Shown here in pieces: positions 49,110 to 60,699 of a DNA stretch of 64,000 nucleotides. Within the stretch, counting starts at the first letter, position 1; every line of letters begins with the position of its first letter. Below the pieces are notes generated by a model, which was not told the origin of the DNA, searched no databases, and was given only the letters and a program-made list of their open reading frames with translations. This stretch comes from Octopus sinensis (taxonomy: Eukaryota), in the NCBI RefSeq assembly GCF_006345805.1, contig NC_042999.1, positions 100,626,001 to 100,690,000 of the forward strand, given 5' to 3'. The position numbers and the translations under genes were made by a program.

Positions 49110-50206
49110 TTTCAGGTGAAGCCATGGCATTATGGACAATAAAGCATTGCGTGTTTGCCTATGATAGTTACATGAATAATAACAAGTCTGTCACAGCAGT
49201 TCAGCATGAGCTTCAGCACCACTTCAACACTCACTGAAATCAGGCTGTTCCCACCCATAACACAATCCTACATTGGGTGAATGCATTTTGTACACAAGGT
49301 ATACTAATGACTAGGAGACCGGTAGGGACACCATAAATGGTACAGACCCCAGAAAAAGTAGAATGCATTAGACAAGTTTTGATATGGAGTCCAGATCACT
49401 CTGTTTGGGGGCATTTCACTGAACTTGGCATCAGTAATTGATTGGTAAGGCATATTTTGTATGAAGACTTGCATTTAAACTCATACAATTTGGTCACTGG
49501 TCACTGGACAACAGTTGAAACCATGGTACTATGCACAGCAGCTTAATTTCACACATCAGATGAAAGCAATTTTTGAGGTAAATGATAACCTCATTTTGTT
49601 AATGAGTGATGAAGCTCATTCTCATCTCAGTGGCATAGTGAATCAACAGCACTGTTGTAATTTGGCTCTTGAAAATTCGAGAGAGCTGCACAGCCCAAAA
49701 GTAATGGTCTGGTGCTGTTGGAAAAGCTCCATCACTGGTCCATACTTTTTTGAAGACAATAATGGAAATACTGTTACTGTGAACTCCAAGTGTTACATCG
49801 AGATGATAAACAACTTCTTTGTGCCTAAATTATAATGAAAATATATGCCTATTTGACGTGTGTGTCTCCAGATTTGTCCATATGTGATTATTTCTTGTGG
49901 GAAACTTCAGGACATGAGTGTATGTGCATAAGCCCCATACACTGGACGATTTGAAGGAAGCTATTCACATGGAAATCACCCAAATCGACTGGGCAATGCT
50001 GGAGAGAATGGAGGCTAACTTCCAAGATTGTCTTCAGAAATGCATCAATCAAAACTGACATCACATGATGGATGATGTTTTCTACACTTAATTTTGACAA
50101 ATGCTAATTTAATATAAAGACATTGATGTCAATAAAATTTGTTTGCAGCTAATTAATGATTTTGTGAAATTTTCAAAAATATCCATTCTCTGTGTCCCAC
50201 CGTGTA
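49110..50206 (+). mobile_element. Degenerate Tc1/mariner transposon (rosa/DD41D-like)
   Basis: SV.AVQ.E....F...AVP..NTI..WV; MSDEAH; IGPYFFE-like..VTVNS..Y..M; right end ...CCCACCGTG|TA. Confidence 0.8.
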
Positions 50207-50324
50207 TATATTTGTGTGTGTGTGTGTGTGTGTGTGTGTCTGTGTGAGTGCATGTGTGTGTGCGTGTGTGTATAGATAGATAGATAGACAGACAAACAGA
50301 CAGAGAGACAGCTAGATAGATAGG

Positions 50325-51163
50325 TAGGAAAAATAGAAGTTGAAAATGCACTTAAAATTGTTAAAATATATTTTATTAATATATTTAAAGCTTTAACCGA
50401 TTTCACAGTTTACACTGATTTACAAAAAGTTCAAATAGATTGACATGGCATGTGTCGCAGCTGTCTTGCTTCTGACTAGTGTTTGAAGCTAGCCCTATTT
50501 TTATAGGGAGTTCATGGCTCAAATTAGTATATGTTTTGAATAGGATTTGATTGGTAGAGGATAGTCACATGACTGGCCTTAGAAATTTTTGTAGGTTTTT
50601 TTTACCTCGATGGCAATATTTACAAACAAATATCTGGGACTGCGATGAGGACAAAAGCTGCTCCAACTTATGCCAATCTTGAACTCCTACAAATATGTAC
50701 TAGAAAACTGGAAACATTACTTATATGACTGCCTAAAAGTTATAAACTGAATCATGTGTTCATACCCTACAAACACTTGACAGAAAACATTAAAAACATT
50801 GATTGTTTAGATATGTTTAGTCAACTGTATCAGCTTTAACTTACGACACCAAACATTGTCACTTGATACTAACACACAGATGTAGTGGGGAACCTATAAA
50901 AGTTTCTAAGGCCAGTCATGTGACTATCCTCTACCAATCAAATCCTATTCAAAACATATACTAATTTGAGCCACAAACTCCCTATAGAAATAGGGTTAGC
51001 TTCAAACACTAATCAGAAGCAAGACGGCTGCAACATAAGCCACACCTTTCTATTTGAACATTTTGAAAATCAGTGTAAACTGTGAAACCGGTTTAAGCTT
51101 TAAATATATTAATAAAAAATATTTTAAGTATTCTCAGAGCATTTTCAACTTCTATTTTTCCTA
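50325..51163 (+). mobile_element. PLE-derived fold-back: 273-bp inverted arms around spliced-together RT fragments
   Basis: Arms 50325-50597 and 50891-51163; spacer encodes FYLDGNIYKQISGTAMRTKAAPTYANL and WKHYLYDC (PLE RT motifs). Confidence 0.8.
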
Positions 51164-53367
51164 TATTTCTACCTGTCTGGAATAAAATAACTTTGTTTTA
51201 CATATATATATGTATGTATGTATGTATGCATGTATTTGTTATTTATGGAGTATTTTATTGGAAACTTATGTTGTAATTTTTGTGGTACATAAGCACAAAA
51301 GTTTCAATTTTTAGGAATAAATAGAGCAAGTCCACTAGGCTTATCTTTATATGTTCTTAAATTCAATCTTTTGATTTTTGGTTATTATATTCAGTATGTT
51401 GGACTGAAAGAGTGAATATATTAGAAAATGAGAGAAATTTGAAAAATGCAAGGATTTGATAATTAAACTATTTTCATTTTCAATTATATCATTTGTACAC
51501 TATGCCTGCAATACACTAATTTCTTTTTACAAATAAATTACATATTAATATCTTTTTCAAATAAGTTCCCTTTTAAAAATGTAAATAAGTCTTTTAAGAT
51601 CGTTTTTTTATATTATTCTTCCTCAAAATATTTCAAAATTCAGAGCTCTGACTTGCAGTGAGCTTCATGTTGCTCTTAGAAATGAGTTTGAAATAGTAGT
51701 GACAAACTCTTGCGTGCTCACATACATGTACACATGCACATGCACACACATGCACACATGCACATACATACACATACACAAATTCATAACAACATGGATA
51801 CACTCTTGCTTCAAATATATTAACAAATGTTCATCATTGTAAGGTAGAGGAACAAAATGAACATTTATGACATTAGAGTTGTACATGACATAAACTGCTA
51901 GACAAATCATCTGTTATTAAGATTCACATATGCAAAAGGTTCGACAGGAACCTGCCAAACCTGTTAAGCTAGGTACAGCAAATTTTTTCCAAATCTTCTT
52001 AAATTTTGACTGTCATTATAGCAAGAAATTATCAAACCATCATTTCCAAAGAGTTAAAATTTTTTTAAGTGTGTCAAAATTGTAAAAGCTTACTAACTTG
52101 CAAACTTCAGCTCTGTCATTGGTGTCAATCAAGATACCAAGAATAGGTTGCTTTCCTTCTTTATCCAGTGAAAATCACCAAGAGAAACAGACATTTTAAC
52201 AAGCAGTGGGACTCAATTTATCTTTTATTTTTAATTTAGTTTATTTAACATTTATAGTGGGAATATTCAGTGCAACAACATTCATCTTTGTGTACAGAAG
52301 GAATAAATTGTTGTTTATCAAAATCTCAACAAATTCCAGTGTGCTTTTCTATACACATTTTTTTTTGTATCTTTATTAATACATAACATATTTTGCTACT
52401 GCTAGCCTTCCATAATTGCTTCTGTTAGTCTCTCATTCACACAAATACACAGTTGAATATATGCTCAGATACATAAGAAAATCTTGACTTCTATCTGTTA
52501 AATGTAATTCTACAGGCCATCAATTACAACTACAGCCCCAAACTGTTAAAGGACATTTGCATTGGTTAAATCTACTTTGTATAAATTTGTGCTAAAAGGT
52601 AAACCAATCTTACAGAAAGTCAGCTTGATTCTTTTTTCATTGGTTATAATTGGTCATTCAGCAACCACTTAGTAGTGACTTCTTTCCTGGATCTTCTCTT
52701 GCACTATTTAAGGAAGCTATTCTTAAAAGTTTACCTCAGACTTAACTGATGCCAACTGGCTGCTGGTCTCTCAGCCTGGCACATGTTAACATTTACATAC
52801 ACTTTTCTTCTCTTTCACTCTGTTTCTCACTCTGTCATAACTATTCTAGTAAGTACAGCAAAAGACGTACATTTCTGAGGAGACTAGAATAAGACTAGAA
52901 CATGTTTGAATTTGGCTCTCATATTATTAAAAAATATGAGACTAATATTGTTTTTTTTTCCCTACTGTATTATAAATTTTAGTTAACATTTCACAGCTTC
53001 CATGAATTAAGTTCAACTTTTCTCAACCACAGCTACAGAATGCACTGAACAATAAGAATAACATCAATAACTTCAACAATAGAATCACAATCACCATCAT
53101 CACCATCAACAATAGAAATGGACAAAGTGAATTAACATGCTTTTGTTCGATCTGCTAGAAATAACAGCCAAAATTTTCATCAAATCACACCCTACGGTCA
53201 TAAAAACAGTTGCTTTTGATTCATTTCTACATATATGCTATTGCTCACCATCAAATTGCTCCAAATATAGGATGGTCATAGATGAAATGCCTTTGATCAT
53301 AGGTCTGCTTAACAGAACCATTTCATCACATCACCCTTAGCAATAAAATCACCACCTTCCCTTCTAC

Positions 53368-54305
53368 TGCCACCACCACCACCACCACCACAACAACAAC
53401 AACAACAACAACAAATCTACCAGATGTCACTAATAACAACAGGATGAAGGAGCCTCTCTGTGATCAAAAAGCCTGTAAGAAATAGCAACCAAATCTCCTT
53501 CAGATCAAAACACACTGCATTAAAACAAGGAAGAAGACATTGGATAACATGGTCCAAAATACCTCTTAAAAATGCAGGATATTCATGGATTAATGTCTTT
53601 GCTCAATCAGGGTTCGCTTGGGGTCTAAATCAAATCAAAAAGAACAATGACAGAACAACCATTATCACAACTACCACCACCACCACCACCACCACCACCA
53701 CCACCACCTACTACTACTACCGCCACCATCATCATCATAATCATCAAGAATAAGAAAAACAACAGAATATCTGCTACTGCTGCTGCTACTACTACTACTA
53801 CTACTACTACTACTATATCTCCTACTACTACATCACCTACTAGTATTGTTGTTGATGTTCTCATTAGTGCCACTTTTACTCATAAATTATTTCTCTGTCC
53901 TGTTTTTATGTAATGTTTATTTAATTGTTTTTGTCCATTGTGTATGTTTGCTTTTTTTTCTCTTTCATTCATTAATAATTTCTTTCTTCATTATATCACT
54001 TATTTTCTCGTTTTAATTATTTTTCTATCAAAACTAACCTCCAGTTACCTGTTACAATTAACTTATATTCACATTACATTAATACTAAACTAATTAATTA
54101 ATAAAAAAAAAACAACAAAAAAACAAGTAAAAATCCACACCACCTTCTCATTCATCCACCCTTCGAAAACTATACATTACAGGATTAAAAGAATGTCTAG
54201 GTTAGCTGCTGCTGCTGCTGCTGCTGCTTCTTCTTCTTCTTCTTCTTCTTCTTCTTCTTCTTCTTCTTCTTCTTCTTCTTCTTCTTCTTCTTCTTCTTCT
54301 TCTTC
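53368..54305. repeat. Cluster of trinucleotide microsatellites (CAC, CAA, ACT, GCT, long TCT)
   Basis: Seen directly; pure (TCT)n run at ~54227-54304. Confidence 0.9.
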
Positions 54306-55737
54306 AAAGAGTTGCATCTTACGTGACGTGACGGTTCATATATTTATATAAGTTAATTAAAATGCCATATCTCTTTTGTGTAGTATAAAGAAAGGATCAT
54401 ACATCTACAATGAAAGCTTCCAAAAGAGCAAAAGATTATTATTGTTTGCTTTTTGTTTTTGTTTGTTTTTGTTTTTGCTATTTGCTTGTTTCAGTTTTTT
54501 TTTTTTGTTCCACTTTTCATTAATGCTGAATGTTGGCAATGGCTGACACTGCTCATTTTGCTTGATTCTGATATTTAAACAAACAAAAACGACAATTTTG
54601 TTTTACACTAAACAATGGTTAGAGAAACGAACCAACAGAAATTTCTATGAAGTCACACAGTCTGCTAGAAAAAGCAGTCAAATATCCCCCAAATCAGGCC
54701 TTACCATATAAAATGGAAGGAAACAGTGGATAATATATTCTGATATATACAAAGATGGGATGAACATGGCTCTAATGCTTTTGATTACACCTGTACTTGG
54801 CTGGGATTGACCTGGGGCAAAAACAACAGCACAGCAGCAGCAGCAGCCGTTCAAGAATTTTGACCTGGAGATCTCCATTTCCAGCGACTTTGAGGGCCAC
54901 CTCCCAGTGGTGTCAGGCGTCAACGAAGAGCCCTCAACTACAATAAGACGACCAAAGGTTTTTTTTATTCCAATGTCGGGGGTCTCCTGCCCCAAAGCCC
55001 TAGACCATCACCTAATCACCCTTACCCATCTTGTTGCTTAACAACAACAACAACAACATCAGCAGCAGCAACAGCAACAACAACAACAGTACCAGTGACT
55101 CTTTACAGAGCATCTGAAGGAAGTGTGAAAGAAGAAGGAAAGTGTCTTCAACCTGGAGACTTAACCTGAATGCTTTCAACAGATTGGACTCTATTAAAAA
55201 TACTCAAGGTGCCAGTTATTGATGTTAACCCTATTGTTACCATATTTCTGTTGTAATAGATAGCTTTTGTTGCAATTGATTTTGAAAATAATGATGAATT
55301 TAGTAAAATAACTTTGTCATGAAGTTGGTGCTGGGTACATGAATTAACAAATTTTTATGGCTGGTTTTGATTTAGATCATCATTTAGATTTACTATTAAT
55401 GAATCTAAAGTATAGTAGATCAAACCTTTGTATTACAGAAAGCAAGACAACAAACCAAGTGAGTTGATAGTTTGTGTTATTTCTGGTATTACAATATTTC
55501 TATAGCCAAAATACTTAGATTACAGCAGTCCAGTTCACTTGCCTGTAAATTGTTGGTACAAGTACACTACTGCTGTAATCTAGATCTTAAAAGTATTTTA
55601 TTAGCTCAAAGTATGAATTTAGTTACTCTTGTGGGTATAGCAACATACATTAGGGTCAATGTTCAATTCAGGGAAAAATTTATCTCTCATCTACTCATCA
55701 CAGAAGAAACTAAAGTGAAGGCTCAACCATATGTATT

Positions 55738-58457
55738 TGAAACGAACTTAGTGAGTGAATATCTTCTCTTGTACTTTCGGGGTACAAGAAAGCAATCACT
55801 AGCCGTTGCTTTAATAATCCAGAATTCTACCAGTCAGAAACAACAAGACGCAGACGTAAATAATATATATACTACTTTATTCTCTAATGTGGTAACAGTA
55901 ACAATAAGTGGTTATCTGGTATCCCTTTGGTATAAATGTGTCGTGCTGAACCTTATCGCTGTAAAATAAGAAAGTGTTCAAATGCAAAACGACACTGGTC
56001 AAAGATGGCGGCGAACAATGGAGACGATGTTGGTCTGCAACAATTTGGTTAAAGGCCTTTTGGTAAGGTGCTGCTAGAATCTAGTTCAGACGGAGAGAAA
56101 ATATACGTGACCGTCGCCTTCAGTCGCTGCTGTCTCAAGTCGCTGCTTGCTGGACGCTGGTGGTCAACGTCTTACGATCCCCTTGCCTCGCTAACTGCCA
56201 CGTAGGCAAAAGGGTTCTTCCGGTGGTTCGCGCATGCACGAGAGGGCCCTTCCTGTGGTGAAAGCACCGACCCACACACGCGAAACAGAAATGGACGGTG
56301 CGCATGCGCACCATTATAGGATCACTACAAGGCTCCCCTCCAGTGCGTAGCATGACGCAAAATCCTTTGTAGTGACTTTAAAACTCAAGGTGGACACCAG
56401 ACAACCAAATAGCACACAATATAATAAAATGGCAAAATTTATAACATACACAAGAAATTTACTAAAGGAAAAAAAAGAAAAAAAATACTCAACATGAGCA
56501 AAAATCAAGAGTGCATGCATGAAAGTGTATACGTCACAAAGTATAAACCCTTCCGCTGAAAGGAGCGGAGGGAAAGCAAAACTCACAGTCAATGAACCTA
56601 GGCGAAATTAAAATCCAACTTCTCTAAAGGTGGTTGATCCTGCAAAATAGCAGTTAAATCAATTGCTGCAGGAGAGGAAATGGAATTGACAGAAGCTCGC
56701 TAGTAACACAAAAGCAAAAGTGCAAGCATGCTGGTGTGATGCGCGACACAGATAATTTTCTCTGTTAATTACGTGACCAACAGGAGTCTAACAGGGAGAA
56801 ATTACGCCTATACATGGCGCAGCGCATGTGAACATCCGACATTCTATGAGTCGGGAAAAGAATTAAGCTAACGCAAACGTGTTGCAAAAAACAAGGCAGT
56901 ACACATGCGAAGCAAAGGCGCATGAAATGCAATAGTGCTTGCCAGACCGAAAAAACAGCAATGAATATGCCAGTGGTTGAGCGATTATATGCCTCGTTCG
57001 TACAGGAACAAAAGTATGACATGCTGACGCGTTACAATGAACAAACAACCCTCTCTATGTATACGTGACCCCTTAGGGTCTACAGAAATGAGGTGTGTCC
57101 ACAAAAGGCAAATTTAGCATGGAAAAAACAAGCGAGAAAAGCATGTGTGACGTATGTATGTGAGAGATAGCATTTATGTGTGTGTACGTGTGTGCGACAA
57201 AAATACATACAAAGTGAATGCGAGCAAAATATAAAAAATACAGCGCATAGAAAAAAATGTCTCTCAAGGCTATTCCAGACAATGGAGTTAATTTACCAGT
57301 CTGTAATAGCCTGATGCACAATAGCAGTTCGTTCTGTAACAGAATGTTGAAATCACAAAATGCAGATGCCAGTTGAACACAATGTGTAGCGGTTGTAGCT
57401 TCGATGCTGTGACAGGTTAAATCGTTACAGAAGAATCTCGCGGATAGACGGTGCTGTTAATCCTTGGTGTGCATATGCATATACAGCGTGCACGCTAAAG
57501 TTCCGCGAGTTGCTATGCACATCTTGGTCGACGGTGTTGAAAGGCGACGGTGGTGGTGGCGACTGTAGTGGACTTGAGACAACATTCGTTCTTAGTGATG
57601 ATGGCGACGAAGATAACGACGACGTGAAGTAGAAAGACGACGATGGCGATGACGAAGGTGGAGAAAAGGCATCATTGATATGATGGCGTTCATCATCATG
57701 GGTGTAGAATAAGAAAAGGGCTCCTTCTATAACGGTCCAAGAGGACGGAAACAAATCATCGAAAGATGAATGTGTAGAGTTAATCGTGTTCCGACTTCGC
57801 AGAAAAACTGGATTTCTTTGTTGTTAAGTGATCTCTGGTTTTAGACCAGAATCACGTCGGGGGTCCACCAGTGTAACGAACTTATGTGTGAATCCTCGTG
57901 CACTTTTGGGGTGCACAAAGTAATCACTAGCCGTTGCTTTAATAATCCAGAATTCTACCAGTCAGAAACAAGAAGACGCAGACGTAAATAATATATATAC
58001 TACTTTATTCTCTAATGTGGTAACAGTAACAATAAGTGGTTATCTGGTATCCCTTTGGTATAAATGTGTCGTGCTGAACCTTATCGCTGTAAAATAAGAA
58101 AGTGTTCAAATGCAAAACGACACTGGTCAAAGATGGCGGCGAACAATGGAGACGATGTTGGTCTGCAACAATTTGGTTAAAGGCCTTTTGGTAAGGTGCT
58201 GCTAGAATCTAGTTCAGACGGAGAGAAAATATACGTGACCGTCGCCTTCAGTCGCTGCTGTCTCAAGTCGCTGCTTGCTGGACGCTGGTGGTCAACGTCT
58301 TACGATCCCCTTGCCTCGCTAACTGCCACGTAGGCAAAAGGGTTCTTCCGGTGGTTTGCGCATGCGCGAGAGGGCCCTTCCTGTGGTGAAAGCACCGACC
58401 CGCACGCGCGAAACAGAAATGGACGGTGTGCGCGCGCACCGTTATAGGATCACTACA
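55738..58457 (-). mobile_element. Young non-autonomous LTR retrotransposon (CsRn1-like priming)
   Basis: LTRs 55738-56329 and 57872-58457; PBS TGGTGGACCCCCGACGTGAT (tRNA-Trp) at 57851-57870; PPT GGAGGGGAG near 56333-56341; 4-bp TSD TATT; no pol in the 1.54-kb interior. Confidence 0.9.
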
Positions 58458-58877
58458 TATTTGTAGGATTCAGAAAAGGCAAGCTGTTGTTATTTCATGA
58501 GTTTTGTGGAGTTGCAGAAAACAGAATAGTAGCACTTGATTATATAAATTTGTTTTCATCACATCACAGGTACTCTCAAATAGCCAAGTAAGCATTGTGT
58601 AGACCAGGAATCCCCAATCACCGGACTACAGAATAGTAGATCATTTGGTACTGAGCTGCATAGAAAGATTAAAGAAGTGTTGATCTCTAACTGTGAAGGG
58701 AACCTGTAGAAAGGGTATACCCAGGAAGATGTGGGACAATGTGGTGAGAAAAGATCTTCAGAGATTGGGCCTCATTGCGGAAATGACAAGAGACTGGGAG
58801 TTGTGGGGATTTGCAATACTTGAGAAGACGCATCAATCTAGGTAAATTACTGTCATCCATACATACAAGCATGTACT

Positions 58878-59095
58878 TTGCAGGTGCTGGTGTTATGTAA
58901 GATGCTCTTGTACTGGTGTTTCATAAAAGCATCCATCCCAGTAGGACATAAAAAGCATCCAGTATACTCTGTAAAGTGGTTGGTATATAGAAACCATGCC
59001 AAAACCGACAATTGGTGTCTGGACAGCTCCCCTGCTCAGCTCCTGTCAAACCATTCAACCATTGTCAGCATGGAAAACGGACGTTAAATGATGAT
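58878..59095 (+). mobile_element. Degenerate RTE 3' end
   Basis: ...gcatggaaaacggacgttaaatgatga terminus. Confidence 0.65.
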
Positions 59096-59101
59096 TAATA
59101 T

Positions 59102-59510
59102 ACTCTTACTCTTTTACTTGTTTCAGTCATTTGACTGCGGCCATGCTGGAGCACCGCCTTTAGTCAAGCAAATCGACCCCGGGACTTATTCTTTGTAAGC
59201 CCAGTACTTATTCTATCAGTCTCTTTTGCCGAACCGCTAAGTGACAGGGACGTAAACACACCAGCATTGGTTGTCAAGCAATGCTAGAGGGACAAACACA
59301 GACACACAAACATATACACACACATACATAAATATATATATACATATATACGATAGGCTTCTTTCAGTTTCTGTCTACCAAATCCACTCACAAGGCATTG
59401 GTCGGCCCGAGGCTATAGTAGGAGACACTTGCCCAAGATGCCACGCAGTGGGACTGAACCTGGAACCACGTGGTTGGTTAGCAAGCTACTTACCACACAG
59501 CCACTCCTGC
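59102..59510 (-). mobile_element. Full-length tRNA-derived SINE
   Basis: Reverse-complement homology to 26344-26718. Confidence 0.87.
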
Positions 59511-60699
59511 TGATGATGATTTTATTTCTATTTTATTGGGAATTGCAGTCTGATGGTGATTTTGCATTACATATGAATTATATTTGCAATATGTATGTAT
59601 TATATATATATTAATTAAATTACATATTATACACTTTATTATGTCTTGTTATGTCTGTGATCCCCTGGTTTTTGGAAAAATTGCCTTGCATGAAACCAGT
59701 TTGTAATGTAAAAATGGTTGGGGATCACTGGTGTGGAAGATTATCATATATTTGTAGGATCTTTCAGCAATAATGCTAACCCAGAGATGTCTAGATGTTG
59801 TTCATGAAGATTTTGAAAAAATATTTCCTTAAAAAATTATTTTCCAAGATATAACAAAACATCTGCTTTGACCATCTGGAATTCTAGAGAAATTATTGAT
59901 TTCAGAAATATTACTTCTTAGATCAGCAATATGACAATATTCACTTATCATGTTTGAAATTTTTCATACACATAGCAGATATAAAATTGTTTTCAGTACT
60001 AAGAATGCATATTTTGTATATCTTTGTTTTTATGGATGTTATATTCAGAACACAATCACAAAATCTTTACTATCTTACTTTAACACTGAAAGCTGTGTTC
60101 TCATAACACAAAGTCAGCAGAAACAATATCGGAATTATTATAAGAATATACATTACACATATCTATATTTACATCTGTCTGTCTGACAATGACACTTGTT
60201 TACAACTATCATGTGATGTCAATGCAAGGAGACAGTAACACATATACAAACACACACAAATGCACACACACAAACACACACACACACATACACATGCATA
60301 TGATAGGCTTCTTTCAGTTTTCATTAGCCAAATCCACACACAAGGTTTTGGTCAGCCCAGGGCCATAGTAGAAGACACTTACCCAAAGTGCAATGCAGTG
60401 GGACTGAACCTACAACTGTATGGCTGGAAGAAAGAGGAGAAAAAAATGGTGTAGTGCTAAGATATACTCACAAGTAACAAGGATCTGAGCATAGAACCTG
60501 GGTAGGAAAATAGGGTGTGGGAGAGCAATGATACAGTGAGCAGGGCAGTGAGGGCAAGAAAGGGGATTGGAAAACAATTATAATTTATGAAGAGGAAATG
60601 TGAGGAAGAGAAAGATACAATTAGAAGAGGAGTTTAATTCGGTTTCTTAGGGTAGAGTGGGTGAAAAGTGTGCTGTTACATGTGGGTGGGTCACAGCTC

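Noticed and set aside
54845-54960. GC-richer stretch resembling an exon
   Set aside because: No recognisable peptide on either strand, weak splice signals and no partner exons found; left unassigned.
55472-55969. 165-aa ORF as a host gene
   Set aside because: Non-ATG start, straddles the LTR boundary and has no recognisable motif.
55795-58457. Segmental duplication or assembly artefact
   Set aside because: PBS, PPT, TG...CA ends and a 4-bp TSD identify the repeats as LTRs.
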